Positions 25,668 to 38,447 of a stretch of 64,000 bases of DNA are shown here, piece by piece. This DNA is from Nemertoderma westbladi (Eukaryota; Animalia; Xenacoelomorpha): positions 1,825 to 65,824 of the forward strand of contig JAUCBJ010001484.1 of NCBI GenBank assembly GCA_032718475.1, in the 5' to 3' direction. The notes under the pieces are model-generated. The model was not told the origin of the DNA, ran no database searches, and saw nothing but the letters and a program-made list of their open reading frames with translations. Each line of letters begins with the position of its first letter. Position 1 is the stretch's first letter. Both the position numbers and the translations under genes were made by a program.

Positions 25668-26569
25668 GTAAGATGTCTTACGCTCTTACAGTACAGCAAC
25701 TGTAGGTTTATTGTTCTGTCGCACTTTATAAATCACATTCGGGAAGTAGTTTATTGTTATTTATTTTTGGTACCATTCACTTAACATAATTTCATATTCA
25801 ATGGAGGTCATTTGTTTGTAATATTTTCACTCTTGATATTTTTTGTCTCATATTTAATTTTTCCGCACATTTTATTAAATCTGGCTGATAATTAATAATT
25901 CATATTTTTAGGATTACGACTCTAATTTAAAAATATTATTATTATTTTTTTCTTTTTTTTTACACTTAAACTTATATTATACCGTATCGATCAATCGATG
26001 AGACGTATATTTCTAAATGTTTTTACCTACAAATAATAACAAATATAATATGACAGATATAAAACGACACATTTTGGTCCTCATACTGAATACATCAGAA
26101 ATACAGCAGAGTGAAATATTCAATATTTGTTGCTGCAAATAATTATAATTTTTTGACTTAATAATTATTATTAATATAATTAATTATTAAGAATTAATAA
26201 CGCGATCCCAATTTATTCAATTAAGAATTAATATTTGATTTAACTTATTGATTTAACTTAATTTTGTTTATTTTATGTTATGTAGTACAACAACTATAAT
26301 TGTTACCTAATATGATTATATTTATTTTTAGGCCAACCTTGTCAAACTTTATTAGTATTATTATTAAAAATCATTATTTTGTTGGTTTGAAAACCTTGAA
26401 TATGTATAAACCTGCTCAGTCCTTATATCCATCCCTCTTTGGCAATGGCCTTTTTAACGTTTAAAATGTCCCAGTTTAATATAAAAATATACCAGCAACA
26501 ATAAAAAATTTGCCAAGTTAATCTAATTCTCCGAAAATTAATTATGTGCCATTAACATTAATAATGTGT

Positions 26570-26780
26570 CAGTCAGTAAACTGCAGAGATGCAGAGGTCA
26601 GACTCAGTTTGAGAGCCAGCAAACCCAGGACAAGCAAGCGAATCAACTATGACTGGGAGAATCTCAGAACTGACCAATGCTGTAAAGGATGCTTACACAG
26701 TAGAAGGTTCAAAACCGCTTTGAAGCACTTCAGTCAATGGATGAAGTCCAGTCCACCGATTCAATGTACCATGAATATAA
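26570..26780 (+). mobile_element. Short decayed LINE (RTE-like) fragment
   Basis: VRLSLRASKP...YDWENLR...RFKTALKH resembles the linker after the RTE endonuclease. It lies near the RT fragment at 27840-29285. Confidence 0.35.
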
Positions 26781-26850
26781 TAAATTATTGGTGTTTTGGG
26801 TGAATGAGTGGTTTCATATTATTATAACTTTTGTTGGGCACAGCTTTTGC

Positions 26851-26935
26851 AAAGTCGGCAATGACATCCAGGTGGGATCGAACTGGTGTCCTCCGAGTTG
26901 GAAGTCTGACGCTCTATCCATTCAGCTAGCGGCTC
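26851..26935 (-). mobile_element. tRNA-derived SINE head
   Basis: The - strand reads GAGCCGCTAGCTGAATGGATAGAGCGTCAGACTTCCAACTCGGAGGACACCAGTTCGATCCC: A-box, anticodon-like arm and B-box GTTCGATCC. It is followed by non-tRNA sequence shared with the copy at 27729. Confidence 0.8.
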
Positions 26936-27728
26936 AGGTAGGGATGTGAGTCAGGAAGTAAGCAAATGACATACTTCCGGGAATTTTCTATTTTATTAAT
27001 TTATTGTAAAGTTTACTTTTAATGGTAAATGTTTACAGAAATGCCCCCTTATTAATTACATAAAATAGTAATAATGAGATTTTAACTAAAATTGTGATTG
27101 TGACTTTGTGTTTTGTCAATTTCATTATATTAACTAGATGTTTTATATTATTGAACGCAATTTTGGAAATTAATACATTTTTAATGTTATCTCTTTAAAA
27201 TTTAAAACCTGCTATTTTGCCAGTTTATATGCACATTCTGAAAACATATAAGAAAAATGGACAAGTAGAGTAAACACTAGTAACAAGTTATTCCTGCTTA
27301 GTGGTTCGGTGTCTTGGCTCTTGTGGTCGTAGCTACGAGTGAAGTATACTTTTCCGGAAATTACCTTGAAAAAACATATTTCGGGAAACGCACATCCCTA
27401 GGCTCGTGTATAAGGTAGATTTAAGCAATTTAAGTCGTCATGTCCTCCCATCCGTCTTTCAATACCAATACCTGTGCTCGCTCAATCCTGCTGGACTTGG
27501 CCACTCATTCACTCAACACACCAATAATAAGTTATAAAATATACCGGTCGGCATTTCTATATGGGTGTAACTGCCCTACCTAAATTAATAGCTAGAGTGT
27601 ATAATGTACTGTAGAGTTGAGCACAGTGGCAGCAGATGATGGTATTGACTGTTGGGAGACCACGAGGAGGTAAATTGCAGACATACAAATTATCAGATAG
27701 TATTTCCAGGTCTATCTTTTACTTGATC

Positions 27729-27808
27729 AGCGAGCTGAATGGTTAGAGCGTCAGACTTCCAACCCGGATGTCACCAGTTCGATCCCACCTGGATGTCATT
27801 GCCGACTT
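27729..27808 (+). mobile_element. tRNA-derived SINE head (second copy, inverted relative to 26851-26935)
   Basis: AGCTGAATGGTTAGAGCGTCAGACTTCCAACCCGGATGTCACCAGTTCGATCCCACCTGGATGTCATTGCCGACTT is close to the other copy. Confidence 0.8.
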
Positions 27809-27839
27809 ACAAGACAAGAGTATATAAGAATGTGAAAAA

Positions 27840-29285
27840 AGCCCGCAATTAATCAGCCAAGAGGCATATTCCCGAGAAACCCAAACGAAAACAGTGCTCC
27901 TTGGCAAGACTCTGGGGTTACTTGTAAGAGAGAATATCTTTCGATAGCCTGCAAGTAAAAACCAACAGCCGAAAACATCAACAAGATTATGAAAGCTAAG
28001 TAAGATCTTAAATTAGCAGCCAGGAGAGTTCATGGAGAAATTACAACTGCTCACATACAGCAACAGTCAATACTTACTTGGCAAACTGTAAATAAGGTAT
28101 CTGGTCGGAAAAGTTGTGCAAAGGGGCGCCTCAAAGCCGATAATGTTTGCAACCGGATGAAAAGGGGAAAAGCCACCGCCACTTTGGACTAAAGGTCAAC
28201 TAAAGCCTCTCCCCAAGAAAGGAGACCTCGGTATACCAACAAACTATCGTGGGATCTGTCTGCTTGTGGTAGCTGACAAAATATACAATAAAATGATTCT
28301 ATATAGGATTAGGCCTCACATGGAGAAACTACTGCGTAAGAGCCAAAACGGATTTCGACCAAATAGATCAACAATAGCTCAGATACTTGCACTACGGAGA
28401 CTGATTGAAGGAATTAAGTCAAAGAATCTCCCCGCAGTCATGACTTTTGTGGACTTCAAGAAGGCATTCGACTCCATCCATAGAGGTAAAATGCTTGAAA
28501 TCCTAAGAGCTTATGGAATACCAGAAGTCATTGTTGCTGGCATTGGATTGTTATATTGTGACACAGAAGCGCAGGTACTCTCACCAGATGGTGAAACTGA
28601 GTTTTTCTCAATCCTGGGTGGCGTACTGCAAGGTGACACATTAGCACCATTACTATTTGTAATTGTACCGGATTACGCAATGAGGACGGCCACAAAGAGT
28701 GAAGATCTGGGATTCACACTTCAAGAACGCAGAAGTAGTAGATATCCGGCAACTATACAGTCACATACACCGACTTTTCGGATGACATCGCCCTGCTCTC
28801 TAATACGCTAGCAGATGCACAGCTTCTACTAAATAAATTGGAGAGGGCTGCGCTGAGGTTGGATTGCATATAAATGCTACCAAGACCGAATTCGTGACTT
28901 TTAATGTTAATGGAAACTTGACAACAATTCATAATAATCAACAAAGGAAGGTTGACTACTTCCATACCTTGGGTCATGGGAGAGACCCGAGAGAGTAGCA
29001 AAAAGGTCATAGAGGTTAGGAAACCAAAGGCTTGGGTAGCTCTATCAAAAATGGATACCACTGGAGTGGGCACTGCTCGAGAAGTAAACATGAGGTTATA
29101 ACAGATCTACGTTTCTGGCAACGAGCATAAGGAAAGCATAGCCGTGGACGACCAGCTGTGGCATATAGACCAACTTGAAAGGGATTCTGGACTTAATAGA
29201 AACGAAATTGCGACAACTATAGAGAATCGGGAAGCCTGGAAGGATCTCATTTCCACAGTTCGCTCGACCTAGTAGTTGTAGTAGT
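27840..29285 (+). mobile_element. Decayed RTE-clade LINE, reverse transcriptase pseudogene with (TAG)n-like tail
   Basis: PKKGDL..TNYRGI, QNGFRPNRST, FVDFKKAFDSIHR and GVLQGDTLAP (ORF 28266-28811), then a frameshift to YTDFSDDIALLSN. It ends in TAGTAGTTGTAGTAG at ~29270-29285. Confidence 0.9.
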
Positions 29286-29451
29286 GTCAGTAAAATTATA
29301 ATTATTCAATTTTAATATTTTATGCCATTTTCCTTTAAAATGTTCCACGTTCATAAAAGGTGGATTCCGTGAGTAAATATTGTTTAATTAATTTTCACTT
29401 GCATTACTCATTTTTCTATAAGTAAATAAAATGCTTTATTTCCCGTTGCAG

Positions 29452-29587
29452 GTAATATTGCAGTTGATTACTATGTTCACAGTGATTATTGTTTGGATTC
29501 CAATGGATCCCAATGGGATTCCTCGACAATGGGACCCAAACCTCCGCCTCGCCCCAAAGACGCACCTCCCTCCTGCGTATCAGCCAG
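29452..29587 (+). CDS. Unidentified + strand gene, coding exon E (GNIAVDYY...GPKPPPRPKDAPPSCVSA; an alternative frame is also open)
   Basis: Acceptor ttcccgttgcAG at 29450-29451 and donor CAG|GTGGGT at 29588. Phase 1 matches the end of exon D. Confidence 0.6.
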
Positions 29588-29859
29588 GTGGGTTGAAACT
29601 CTCGTGTATGTATATGTAATTAAATAAATTCGAGATCATACCTCTCCAACCCCCCCCCCCCCCCCCCCCCCCCCTCCACAATTATAATTGTAGTTTTCAT
29701 AATTTCTAAAATATACTGCCAGGTCTTTAAAATTTTAAATTCATTACATTAAGCATTACATTAATCATTACATTGACGCCCGCACCCACCCCATCCCACC
29801 ATTTTTTGTAACACTGAAACAAACACAGTTGAGAATGTGAATATTATGACGTTTTCTAT

Positions 29860-30830
29860 TTTTGATGGAATGTATACGAGTTGCACCAGGCGTATCAAAC
29901 TTGTATTTTTCGGAGCTGTGTGCAAAATTTGGTGCCAGCACGAAATTTAGAAAATCCATTCAATAGTTCAATTGGTTGTGACAACTTATTTCTCGCATTT
30001 TAGAGATTTATGGGGGTTCTGAATTCAATGGAATAAATAATTATCTAACTAAAACATCTCAAACTTGTTTTTTTCGGGACTGAAAATTGCATTAAGAGTT
30101 CCTAAACTTTTATTTTTCGGAGGTGGGTGAAAATTTTTGTGCCAGCACCAAATTTTTGTAAATAATCAAATCGATCAATATATATTAGATAGTATCATTT
30201 TGTTTCTTGTATTATACGGGTTTATGGGATTAATGAATCCGATGGAATCAATAAAAACAGCACTGGACATCTCAAACTTGTACTTTTTGGTGATGGGTAC
30301 GAAATTTGGTGCTAGCACCAAAATTTACCATATTACGCCCTAGAATACGAGTAGCAATGATCTGGCAAATTAGAAATGTATTCCATTAGAATCAGCGCCC
30401 CAGAAAACGTGAAATTATGAATTTATAGCATCGTATAAGTGAATTAAAAAATTTGTACTCAAACTAAAAGTTATGGTTATTTGTTTTTTTAATTTTTTGC
30501 CTACGTAGAGGATTAAAACAGCCATTTATAGTAATCATATCAATTTTAAATATTTTACATTGGATTCTGCGCCCCAGAAAACATACGTATTGAAAAAAGT
30601 ATTAGCTGAAAATTGTAACTTTCAAATTTGTTGAAAATTGTTTACCACTTGAAATTTTGGTACTGCAAAAACCACCCCTGTACATTTTTTCGAAAATCTT
30701 TTTGGTCGGATTTGGCCAAGTGAATTCTACGTACAAACCAAAAATCAGACGTTTTCGTTAAAATTTGTAGATGTTATGTATTTGTACAACCCGCTGTATT
30801 TGTACAACCCGCGGTATTTGTACAACATCT
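29860..30830. mobile_element. Probable non-autonomous DNA transposon remnant
   Basis: Three dispersed copies of AAATTT(G)GTGC(C/T)AGCAC(C/G)AAATTT and CAAACTTGT..TTTTCGG motifs. It ends in an 18-bp tandem TATTTGTACAACCCGC(T/G)G. Confidence 0.35.
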
Positions 30831-30879
30831 TATAGCTTTTAAATAAAAGGTACTGATGGTTATTAAACATTTGTTGCAG

Positions 30880-31010
30880 ACGGAAGCGCTACAAGCCGGC
30901 GTCCCCTCATCCATTTCTTCGCAGACCGTTTCAAACAAGCCCAATTACCTCACCGTCCAACCAATCTTCCACAACAGTACAGCAATCTCATCGATAAATC
31001 GCTCAGATAA
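30880..31010 (+). CDS. Unidentified + strand gene, probable last coding exon F (stop at 30995-30997 or 31008-31010 depending on frame)
   Basis: Acceptor ttgttgcAG at 30878-30879. A GC-rich island followed by AT-rich 3'UTR-like sequence. Confidence 0.55.
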
Positions 31011-32073
31011 AGTAGTTTCCTTCTCATTTCAGATTTACGGCCTTGTGTTTCTGCAAATCTCTAATATTCCGTAAATATTGTTACATTTAATACTTTTTCT
31101 GGTGTTTTAGGTTACTAAGTATATATTTTTGAATTCACTTTTTTATTGTGAAATTGTCGATAAATATGTAGGACCTGTTATACCGTTTATGTAACTTTCA
31201 TGGTGTATAATGTACAACTTTACAGGATTACAGTACCAGTAAGAGTTAATTGATTAGCCGAACCAATTGAGGCACATGAGGTGGCATGCAAAGTAACTTA
31301 TTTAGAACCAGAATTGTTACACACCTATTTTTCAGGTAATTTGCGGTCGGTCATTTTAAATCATCACATAAGTTGACTTCCACCAGCTGGTTTCCTCAAT
31401 AGAAACTTTACTTGAACACGAAACGGTTTATATTATTAATCTACATCGCGCCTAATATTGTTCCAAAGCAGTCGGATTAAGTTTATTAGTCAAGATTGCA
31501 TGGTCTTCCAGAATTATGCCGTTAAAAAGATAAATTACCGCGTGTTTTCCAAACGAAACGTGTGTCAAGCTGAAAGGATTGCTTGTGGTACAAACAAAAA
31601 TATAGGTAGAAGCAAGTATAGAAGTAAGTAAAGAAGGCATGTTACTTTATATTTATTAGAATAGAATCAATCATGTAAAGTTATATTCAACTTTACTGCG
31701 TTGAAATTACAACGGAGTGAAGTAATAAGTGTTTTATTGGAATAATTAATATGATTAATGAATAAGTCATTCGGTGCGGAATTATGTAGATTAAACTGTC
31801 CTATTATTTATTTTAAAAGCAATTTATTTTAACTGGTTTAACACTGTTAGTCTTTTCTGATGTGTATATATATTTTATGTAATGTATATGGTAAATAACT
31901 TATTTCATTTATCAATCAAACAATGCTGCTTAAATACGTTTATTTATTACTATTGTTTTAGTGTTTTGTGCGTAATTTTATTTTGGTAGAAGTTTTTATT
32001 GTTTTATTTTAATATAATAATATATTTTCTTCTGATTTTGGCCTAAACACTTTTTTAAAATAATTATATTACA

Positions 32074-34893
32074 TAGTGCGCGCTACAACATATCACGTAT
32101 TTAGTGTCCGCTACATGTCACGTATTTAGTGCCCGCTACAATATGTCACATATTTAGTGCCCGCTACATGTCACGTATTTAGTGCCCGCTACAACATGTC
32201 CCATATTTAGTGCCCGCTACATGTCACGTATTTAGTGCCCGCTACAACATGTCCCATATTTAGTGCCCGCTACATGTCACGTATTTAGTGCCCGCTACAT
32301 GTCACGTATTTAGTGCCCGCTACAACATGTCACATATATAGTGCCCGCTACATTTCACGTATTTAGTGCCCGCTACATGTCACGTATTTAGTGCCCGCTA
32401 CATGTCACGTATTTAGTGCCCGCTACAACATGTCACATATTTAGTGCCCGCTACATGTCACGTATTTAGTGCCCGCTACAACATGTCCCTTATTTAGTGC
32501 CCGCTACATGTCACGTATTTAGTGCCCGCTACAACATGTCCCATATTTAGTGCCCGCTACATGTCACGTATTTAGTGCCCGCTACATGTCACGTATTTAG
32601 TGCCCGCTACAACATGTCACATATTTAGTGCCCGCTACATGTCACGTATTTAGTGCCCGCTACAACATGTCACATATTTAGTGCCCGCTACATGTCACGT
32701 ATTTAGTGCCCGCTACAACATGTCACATATTTAGTGCCCGCTACATGTCACGTATTTAGTGCCCGCTACAACATGTCACATATTTAGTGCCCGCTACATG
32801 TCACGTATTTAGTGCCCGCTACAACATGTCACATATTTAGTGCCCGCTACATGTCACGTATTTAGTGTCCGCTACAACATGTCACATATTTAGTGCCCGC
32901 TACATGTCACGTATTTAGTGCCCGCTACAACATGTCCCATATTTAGTGCCCGCTACATGTCACGTATTTAGTGCCCGCTACATGTCATGTATTTAGTGCC
33001 CGCTACAACATGTCACATATTTAGTGCCCGCTACATGTCACATATTTAGTGTCCGCTACATGTCACGTATTTAGTGCCCGCTACATGTCACGTATTTAGT
33101 GCCCGCTACATGGCACGTATTTAGTGCCCGCTACATGTCACGTATTTAGTGCCCGATACAACGTGTCACATATTTACTGCCCGCTACATGTCACGTATTT
33201 AGTGCCCGCTACAACATGTCTCATATTTACTGCCTGCTACATGTCACGTATTTAGTGCCCGCTACAACATGTCCCATATTTAATGCCCGCTACATGTCAC
33301 GTATTTAGTGCCCGCTATATGTCACGTATTTAGTGTCCGCTACATGGCAAGTATTTACTGCCCGCTACAACATGTCACATATTTAGTGCCAGCTACATGT
33401 CATGTATTTAGTGCCCGCTACATGTCACGTATTTAGTGCCCGCTACAACATGTCCCATATTTAGTGCGTGCTACATGGCACGTATTTAGTGCCCGCTACA
33501 TGGCACGTATTTAGTGCCCGCTACAACATGTCACATATTTAGTGCCAGCTACATGTCATGTATTTAGTGCCCGCTACATGTCACGTATTTAGTGCCCGCT
33601 ACAACATGTCCCATATTTAGTGCGCGCTACATGGCACGTATTTAGTGCCTGCTACATGGCACTTATTTAGTGCCCGCTACAACATGTCACATATTTAGTG
33701 GCTGCTACATGGCAGGTATTTAGTGCAGCTACAACATGTCACATATTTAGTGCCCGCTACATGGCACGTATTTAGTGCCAGCTACAACATGTCACGTATT
33801 TAGTGCCCGCTACAACATGTCACTTATTTAGTGCCCGCTACATGTCACGTATTTAGTGCCCGCTACAACATGTCACATATATAGTGCCCGCTACATTTCA
33901 CGTATTTAGTGTCCGCTACAACATGTCCCATATTTAGTGCCCGCTACAACATGTCCCATATTTAGTGCCCGCTACATGGCACGTATTTAGTGCCCGCTAC
34001 AACATGTCACATATTTAGTGCCCGCTACATGTCACGTATTTAGTGCCCCCTGCAACATGTCACATATTTAGTGCCTGCTACATGGCACGTATTTAGTGCA
34101 GCTACAACATGTCACATATTTAGTGCCCGCTACATAGCACGTATTTAGTGCCAGCTACAACATGTCACGTATTTAGTGCCCGCTACAACATGTCACATAT
34201 TTTAGTGCCCGCTACATTTCACGTATTTAGTGCCCGATACAACATGTCACATATTTTAGTGCCCGCTACATGTCACGTATTTAGTGCCCGCTACAACATG
34301 TCACATATATAGTGCCCGCTACATTTCACGTATTTAGTGTCCGCTACAACATGTCCCATATTTAGTGCCCGCTACATTTCACGTATTTAGTGTCCGCTAC
34401 AACATGTCCCATATTTAGTGCCCGCTACATGTCACGTATTTAGTGCCCGCTACAACATGTCACTTACTTAGTGCCCGCTACATGTCACGTATTTAGTGCC
34501 CGCTACAACATGTCACTTACTTAGTGCCCGCTACATGTCACGTATTTAGTGCCCGCTACAACATGTCACATATTTAGTGCGCGCTACATGTCACGTATTT
34601 AGTGCCCGCTACAACATGTCACGTATTTAGTGCCCGCTACATGTCACGTTTTTAGTGCCCGCTACAACATGTCCCATATTTAGTGCCCGCTACATGGCAC
34701 GTATTTAGTGCCCGCTACAACATGTCACATATTTAGTGCCCGCTACATGGCACTTATTTAGTACCCTATACAACATGTCACATATTTACTGCCCGCTACA
34801 TGTCACGTATTTATTGCCTGCTACAACATGTCACGTATTTAGTGCCAGCTACATGTCATGTATTTAGTGCCAGCTACATGTCACGTATTTAGT
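32074..34893. repeat. Satellite of 25-bp and 28-bp monomers, often alternating as a 53-bp dimer (TTTAGTGCCCGCTACATGTCACGTA / TTTAGTGCCCGCTACAACATGTCACATA)
   Basis: Directly visible, ~2.8 kb, ~105 monomers. Confidence 0.98.
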
Positions 34894-35582
34894 TGGGGTA
34901 TAGAGTATCTTGCCTCGAGATATAAAAATATAAAACGTTATTGTTACCGTATGCGCATTAACTTTTTATATTTTTATAACTCGTGGCAAGACCCTATACA
35001 TACACCCCCAACGGGGAACTTTGCCCTTCGCTATGAGCCCGCCTGGACCCTTTGACTTAGATTCACTAAGTAAATTTAACCTAATTCAGTGCGATGATTG
35101 CCATCGGTTTTGAATACCTAGAAAAACATTGTTCGAGAATGTTTGGAATTTAAATGCCTCGCTCAGAGAAAAATATGAACTTTTGAACGCGCATATTGGC
35201 ATATTTGGAATCCTTCAAACGCCACCTCTGCATCGCAACTATTAAATCACTAAAATAACAAAGAATAATATACTGACTAATCTTAGTTTAATACAAAGAT
35301 TAACCTCCTTAGCAGTAGTACAAATTGTACAAAGATTATGACTAACATATCTTGGCTTCTGCTACACGTTTTGTAGGTAATTTTTGGTTAGGTTAGTAGG
35401 TAATAGGGCCTACTATTAATCCGGAGCCGAATAGATCTAATTTGGTCAAATCCGAATTATTATGTTTTTTTTTCATGTCCCGTTCTGATTCATTGAATTG
35501 ATAATCCGTCGCCAATATGAGGGGCGCTAACAGTATGCAGGAGTTAGCTCATCGTATAAGTTACCATTTTGTGAATTTTTAA

Positions 35583-35985
35583 GCCTTTTACATTCCCAGT
35601 GGTGAGTGTAACTAAAAAATGCAAATTTTAAAATATTACCTAGACCGGCTAGACCTAATTTCAATATATTGCAACTTTAACATTTGCCCCTTAGAACTCT
35701 ACATACATGAAGTTCCCTACTTTCAACGTTTACAAACTTTTGCTATCCTTACGGATGTTGCATCTTTGGGGTTGTTTCTCTACCCCCACTAAATTCACAA
35801 TTTCGGTTCGAACGAGCCTAATTTTTAAATCGAAGGGGTGCCAGAAGTTTGTAAATATTCGAAAATTGAGGTTACTTTGATTGAAAGCGTTCTTAGGGGC
35901 AAATGTTAAAATTACGATATTTTCGATAAAGCTATAATAAATATTAATTTTTTAGTTACACTCATCACACAGGGAATGTAAAGGC
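35583..35985. mobile_element. ~400-bp fold-back MITE
   Basis: GCCTTTTACATTCCC..GAGTGTAACTAAAAAAT vs TTTTTAGTTACACTC..GGGAATGTAAAGGC. Inner pair TTTAACATTTGCCCCTTAGAAC vs GTTCTTAGGGGCAAATGTTAAA. Confidence 0.75.
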
Positions 35986-37108
35986 AGTCCCCATTTTTTT
36001 AGTTAGACTCATCGGCGAATTAATATTTTGGCCTATCTCCTATCAATGTCAAAAATATAAATTAAGGGAAAGGAACAGATTACAGTGGCATGTTTTCTAA
36101 CCAAAACAATAAACAGAGTCAATAGTTAACAGATTATTTGTGTCTATTTTCCCCTGGAGATTAATTTTGATTGTATCGAAAGTTACCCCATCTGCACTCA
36201 CCACAGCGCACAGGGAATTGTTTAACAGATATAAACAAAAAGCCCTTCCACCTCACAGTCCATCACGATTCGCGATGATCCATGGCTTCCCACTTTTGAC
36301 ACAATCCTCCATCATGGTACCAGGTGAGTCTCTTTGACACAATCATCCATGTTGCTGCCATATGTGTCAGTTTTTCTTTCGTTGTTGCCAACTCTTCAAT
36401 TATCTCTCTGAGAGCAAGAATGGGCTACATGGTCCCACGATCTTTACGGAACACATTCTGGTTTCGGCGTAGCAGTCTCTCAACGGGGTCGAAATAATGG
36501 TTTGTTGGTTTTTCTTCCTATTCAGCAAGTTGATAAATTTCCATGCCTGGGATGGTGGCTGATTGTTGATGTCATCAACATGCTGTCAGATTATTAGAGC
36601 AACAGATATCTATCATTACTACAGTATGATAGATTATCAGAATACGGCATAATTCAGGGATCTACTGTAGTTGAGCCTCAATTGCCGCCTTAGACACATT
36701 CTTAGTCGCCTTATTGTTTTTGAGCGGGGCTCATTCTGTGTCTTACACTAGTGAGGTCCTCTCGGCACTTCCGAATTCTGTGGCCAGTCCTGGGTGGTTT
36801 TTCTGTTCCGAGGTTTGTATAAAGGAACTGTTTCTTTTATTCCCCTTGCATAAGCAGCTACTCCATTAAGCCCTAGGAACACCAATGTGTCAATTTTTCC
36901 ATCTGTATTCCTAACACTTTCTTCATCTTGCGCAAATGTCACATCTGCTGATCTGCACCACCCGAGCTACTACCGTGGTACGAGACCAACACTGATCATC
37001 ACTCATAATACCTTATTTGTCTCGAGTTTCATACCATAATGCTAGGAGACCACAAGCTCTCGGTTACTTTAAAGTTCCTCAAGGCAGGATCTCATTATTA
37101 GGACTTTC

Positions 37109-37409
37109 GGTTCTTTTGCACTTTAGTTGACATAGGCCATGATTTTTCAAACTTCAAACAAAAAGTTTTCAAACTTAACTATATCACCTACCATACCAAC
37201 ATCATTGATGTTCTAGAACACTTATGTTTTATTCTAACATTTTTTAAATTAAGAATAAAAAATAAAAATAAAAAGAATAAGAATATTGGTAAGAATATTT
37301 TATCATTTTAGTTATTTTTTTTCATTTTATTTTATAATTTTATTCTAGAACATAAACAATACTAATACAAATTTTATGGCCTGGCCAACTATTAAAGTGC
37401 AAAAGAACC
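37109..37409. mobile_element. ~300-bp MITE with AT-rich core
   Basis: GGTTCTTTTGCACTTTAGTTG..AGGCCAT vs ATGGCCT..CAACTATTAAAGTGCAAAAGAACC. Confidence 0.65.
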
Positions 37410-38447
37410 TGACTTTCTACCATATTCGTCGTAATTATTAGTACATGCGTTTCTGCGTTGTATCCGCCCCATTCCGTTTCTCAATGACTGTTGGCAGTTT
37501 TCCATGGGCATGGGCATGTATGGCTGAGTAAACGTGCTAAAAGAGTGCTCTACTCTAATGGAGTTATCTGCTCCTCCATGGTATGGTGGTTAAGCTAGTC
37601 GAGGATATCTATTGTGAGGGCAGCATCCAACTCATCCCTAAGTTTCGCAGCTCTCCATGACGATGACAGCTTGCACTAAGATAGTGCCTGTTGGTTGTGT
37701 ACTGGTTGATCCTGCCGTCAAAAACAGTACCCAGCAAGCGTCAGGCCGCGTCTCTCCATGTACTTTATCGTACAGGTTTCATTTTATCTACGGAGAAGAT
37801 ATTATTTTCCATTCCCTCCCACATTATGTAGACATCATCCCATTGTCTCAAACCTTCATGACTTCAGCTCCTACTTGGAGCCATGTACTAACTGTCCTCA
37901 GTGTGTATGTAATGCTCCATTCCATCAGTATATGTCGCGTGGCAACCATCACGGAATGAGTCCAGGTTCAAAAAGGCTAAGGCAGCAGTTAATGGTGCAG
38001 GTGTAGCCAGGTCCATGAACAGACAGTAGGCCTACTCTGATAATCTACAGGAGCTTATCATCAGCAAGATGCTACCATCAATGATGCCGATGGCGATGAT
38101 AGCAGCAAATCAGCCCAGTCATGTAAATCGACCCTTTGCTGACTGGGATGTTGAGCCAACCAACCATGAAGGTTAAGGTTGAATTTCCAGCTGATCGCCT
38201 TAATGGTTGGAAGTCCCACTCTAAGAAGCTCCTAAATAATGACAGAACATTGCCTGAAAACTTTGTGGAACAAAAAGTGTCGGAGTCTGTACTCCGAGAT
38301 ACCCATTGGGGACGTCTTTGCCTAAGTTATTAAGGCTGCTGCACTGAGAGAGCATTAAGACCAGTCCCCTCTGGTGTCCCCCTGAGGTCTTTAAAATACC
38401 AGAATGTTTACCAGAATTCATTCTCCCGATCACGTATGTTCAGTGTA

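Noticed and set aside
23246-25699. - strand ORFs within exon D
   Set aside because: They are antisense shadows with no splice signals or motifs.
26851-27808. Functional tRNA-Gly(TCC) genes
   Set aside because: There is no proper acceptor stem, the T-arm is imperfect, and both copies share non-tRNA 3' sequence, which indicates a SINE.
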